A model generated the notes under the pieces. The model did no database searches, was not told the DNA's origin, and saw nothing but the letters and a program-made list of their open reading frames with translations. A DNA stretch of 63,421 nucleotides, the filler included, from Globobulimina sp. (taxonomy: Eukaryota), in the NCBI GenBank assembly GCA_003354225.1. It is 42 parts of 42 records of this genome, joined end to end, with 100 filler letters (N's around TTAATTAATTAA, not from the genome) between each part and the next. Parts side by side here need not be neighbours in the genome. Positions count along the whole stretch, not along the records: positions 62,011 to 63,421 come from PIVH01017103.1; 41 more parts are not named here. One strand, given 5' to 3'. The position numbers were made by a program, and so were the translations under genes. Positions 62,011 through 63,421 of this stretch are shown here, one piece after another (position 1 is the first letter of the stretch; the number at the start of each line of letters is the position of its first letter).

Positions 62011-63192
62011 CGGTAGGCGGAGTTTCCTTCTTAGCTGGCCAAGCCAGCCGTTTGTTAGCCATTCACGAGTCGTTTCCCCTCTCATGCTCGTTCGTAGAGC
62101 TAAGCTAGTTCTAAATTTGTATTCTTTATTCCCGCCCACCCACCCCACGAGGGTCCGAACACAAAAATCAACTTATGCTACCACATACTTTATTGTTCTT
62201 TTTCAGATTTATTTTCTGTTGGTATTTGGGCCAATTGTCCTCCTTCCTCTGCTATCAGATTGCATGCTGATTTACAATTGACTGTGTTGCAGTCTCGTGC
62301 ACCGAGCACAGTGCACAATTATGCACTTGCCTTCAACAATTTTCTCCGTTTTTGCGATATACATAATTTCTGTCCTATACCAGCCGAACCATATCATGTG
62401 GCCTTGTTTTTACAACAACGTATGTCTTCTGCTCGAACTGCTTCGACTGTCAGTCAAGCTTTATATGGTATTAATTGGGCTCATACGTTGTGTCAGTTAC
62501 CTGGTCCTGCTAATAATATATTATGTAAACAAGTTGTTGAGGCTGCTTCTCGGCATTTTGGCACCGTTTCCAGTGCTAAAGAACCGGCCACACCCGGCTT
62601 ATTGTTAGCTCTTCATGCCGATTGTTTGGGTTCTATGTCAATTGTACCTTGGCGTACCTTTGTCTTATCGTTATTTATGTATTATGGTTTATTACGTTGG
62701 GATGAAGCATCTCACCTGACTGGTCATGACATTGAATTTTTTGATGACCATATTATTCTCCATTTGCGCCGTGCAAAAACGGATCAACATAAATTAGGCA
62801 ATCTGGTGCCTTTAGCTGCCACTGAGACCAATCTTTGTCCTTTCCGAGCTTTTAAACGATATTCTGCTCTGGCCGGCTTAAAATTGCCTTCTGCACATTT
62901 GCTTTTTCGCAACGTTTCTGGTACCAAATTAAACAAATGTCCTCTTACTTATAATAACCATTTAAAATTAGTACGTGCGGCTGTAGCACGCCATTCTAGG
63001 ATTGACCCTGTTTCTATTGGTTTGCATTCCTTCCGGTCTGGTGGTGCGTCTACATTGCTTGCTAATGGTGCTCAACCTCTTGCTATCAAGGAATTTGGAC
63101 GATGGCGTTCTGATCGCTCAATGGACAGATATTTACGACGTTCCACTCAAGCAAAATTGACCACTTCCAAACTTTTGCATCGTTCATATTAA
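62011..63192 (+). mobile_element. DIRS-order (tyrosine recombinase) retrotransposon, internal/3' part
   Basis: Upstream overlapping frame with WPSQPF (end of DIRS RT-RH-MT ORF) followed by YR ORF. Confidence 0.8.
62206..63192 (+). CDS. Tyrosine recombinase of DIRS-type element
   Basis: SRAPSTVHNY, GLLRWDE (R), AKTDQ (K), HSFRSGGAS (HxxR), GRWRS..MDRY (W, Y). Confidence 0.95.
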   Translation, partial: DLFSVGIWANCPPSSAIRLHADLQLTVLQSRAPSTVHNYALAFNNFLRFCDIHNFCPIPAEPYHVALFLQQRMSSARTASTVSQALYGINWAHTLCQLPGPANNILCKQVVEAASRHFGTVSSAKEPATPGLLLALHADCLGSMSIVPWRTFVLSLFMYYGLLRWDEASHLTGHDIEFFDDHIILHLRRAKTDQHKLGNLVPLAATETNLCPFRAFKRYSALAGLKLPSAHLLFRNVSGTKLNKCPLTYNNHLKLVRAAVARHSRIDPVSIGLHSFRSGGASTLLANGAQPLAIKEFGRWRSDRSMDRYLRRSTQAKLTTSKLLHRSY

Positions 63193-63421
63193 CAATGATA
63201 TCGATTCATTGATCAAATTTCACCTTGATAATTATTGTTTCATAATATACATAATATGTAATTTCGATTCTGCTAGTTATTACGTTTTCCCGTATCTTGT
63301 GCTTTGACGTATTTTTGTCCTCTTTCTCTATCCTCCGCGACATCGTGTGCATCTCAGATAGCAGCTGATCTAGCTTGATCTACCAAAATTGAATAGTCAG
63401 TATCAAAACAATTGTTGTTTT

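Noticed and set aside
62011-63192. Phage or integron integrase
   Set aside because: KTDQ, HSFRSGGA, GRW.S motifs and the overlapping WPSQPF frame fit DIRS-order retroelements better

Overview
This is not one locus. It is an artificial concatenation of 42 unrelated short contigs (1414 down to 1411 bp, sorted by length; the first and last may be cut by the window) joined by 41 identical 100-bp spacers (N44-TTAATTAATTAA-N44, stops in all six frames). Adjacency across spacers means nothing and most genes are partial. Nearly all contigs look like an AT-rich, gene-dense eukaryotic genome with short (55-75 nt) GT-AG introns. The content (Kelch proteins, RasGEFs, cAMP-receptor-like GPCR, a divergent beta-tubulin resembling retarian type 2, many disrupted gene copies) points to a foraminiferan/rhizarian protist; this is inference. 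One contig (9082-10494) is bacterial: a Fis-like HTH plus a truncated F-type coupling protein TraD. Mobile DNA is abundant: several palindromic MITE families (two recurring on different contigs), an 825-bp foldback with tRNA B-box-like motifs, hAT/pogo-like ends, and the tyrosine recombinase of a DIRS-type retrotransposon. Best leads: (1) a eukaryote-style type I surface protein whose ectodomain carries the NarX/NarQ nitrate-binding P-box (NVAGSLRM; 51431-52044), a candidate nitrate sensor; (2) a UBA-like plus NuiA (nuclease A inhibitor)-like fusion (7638-8780). All protein calls are from motif recognition by eye; no searches were run.
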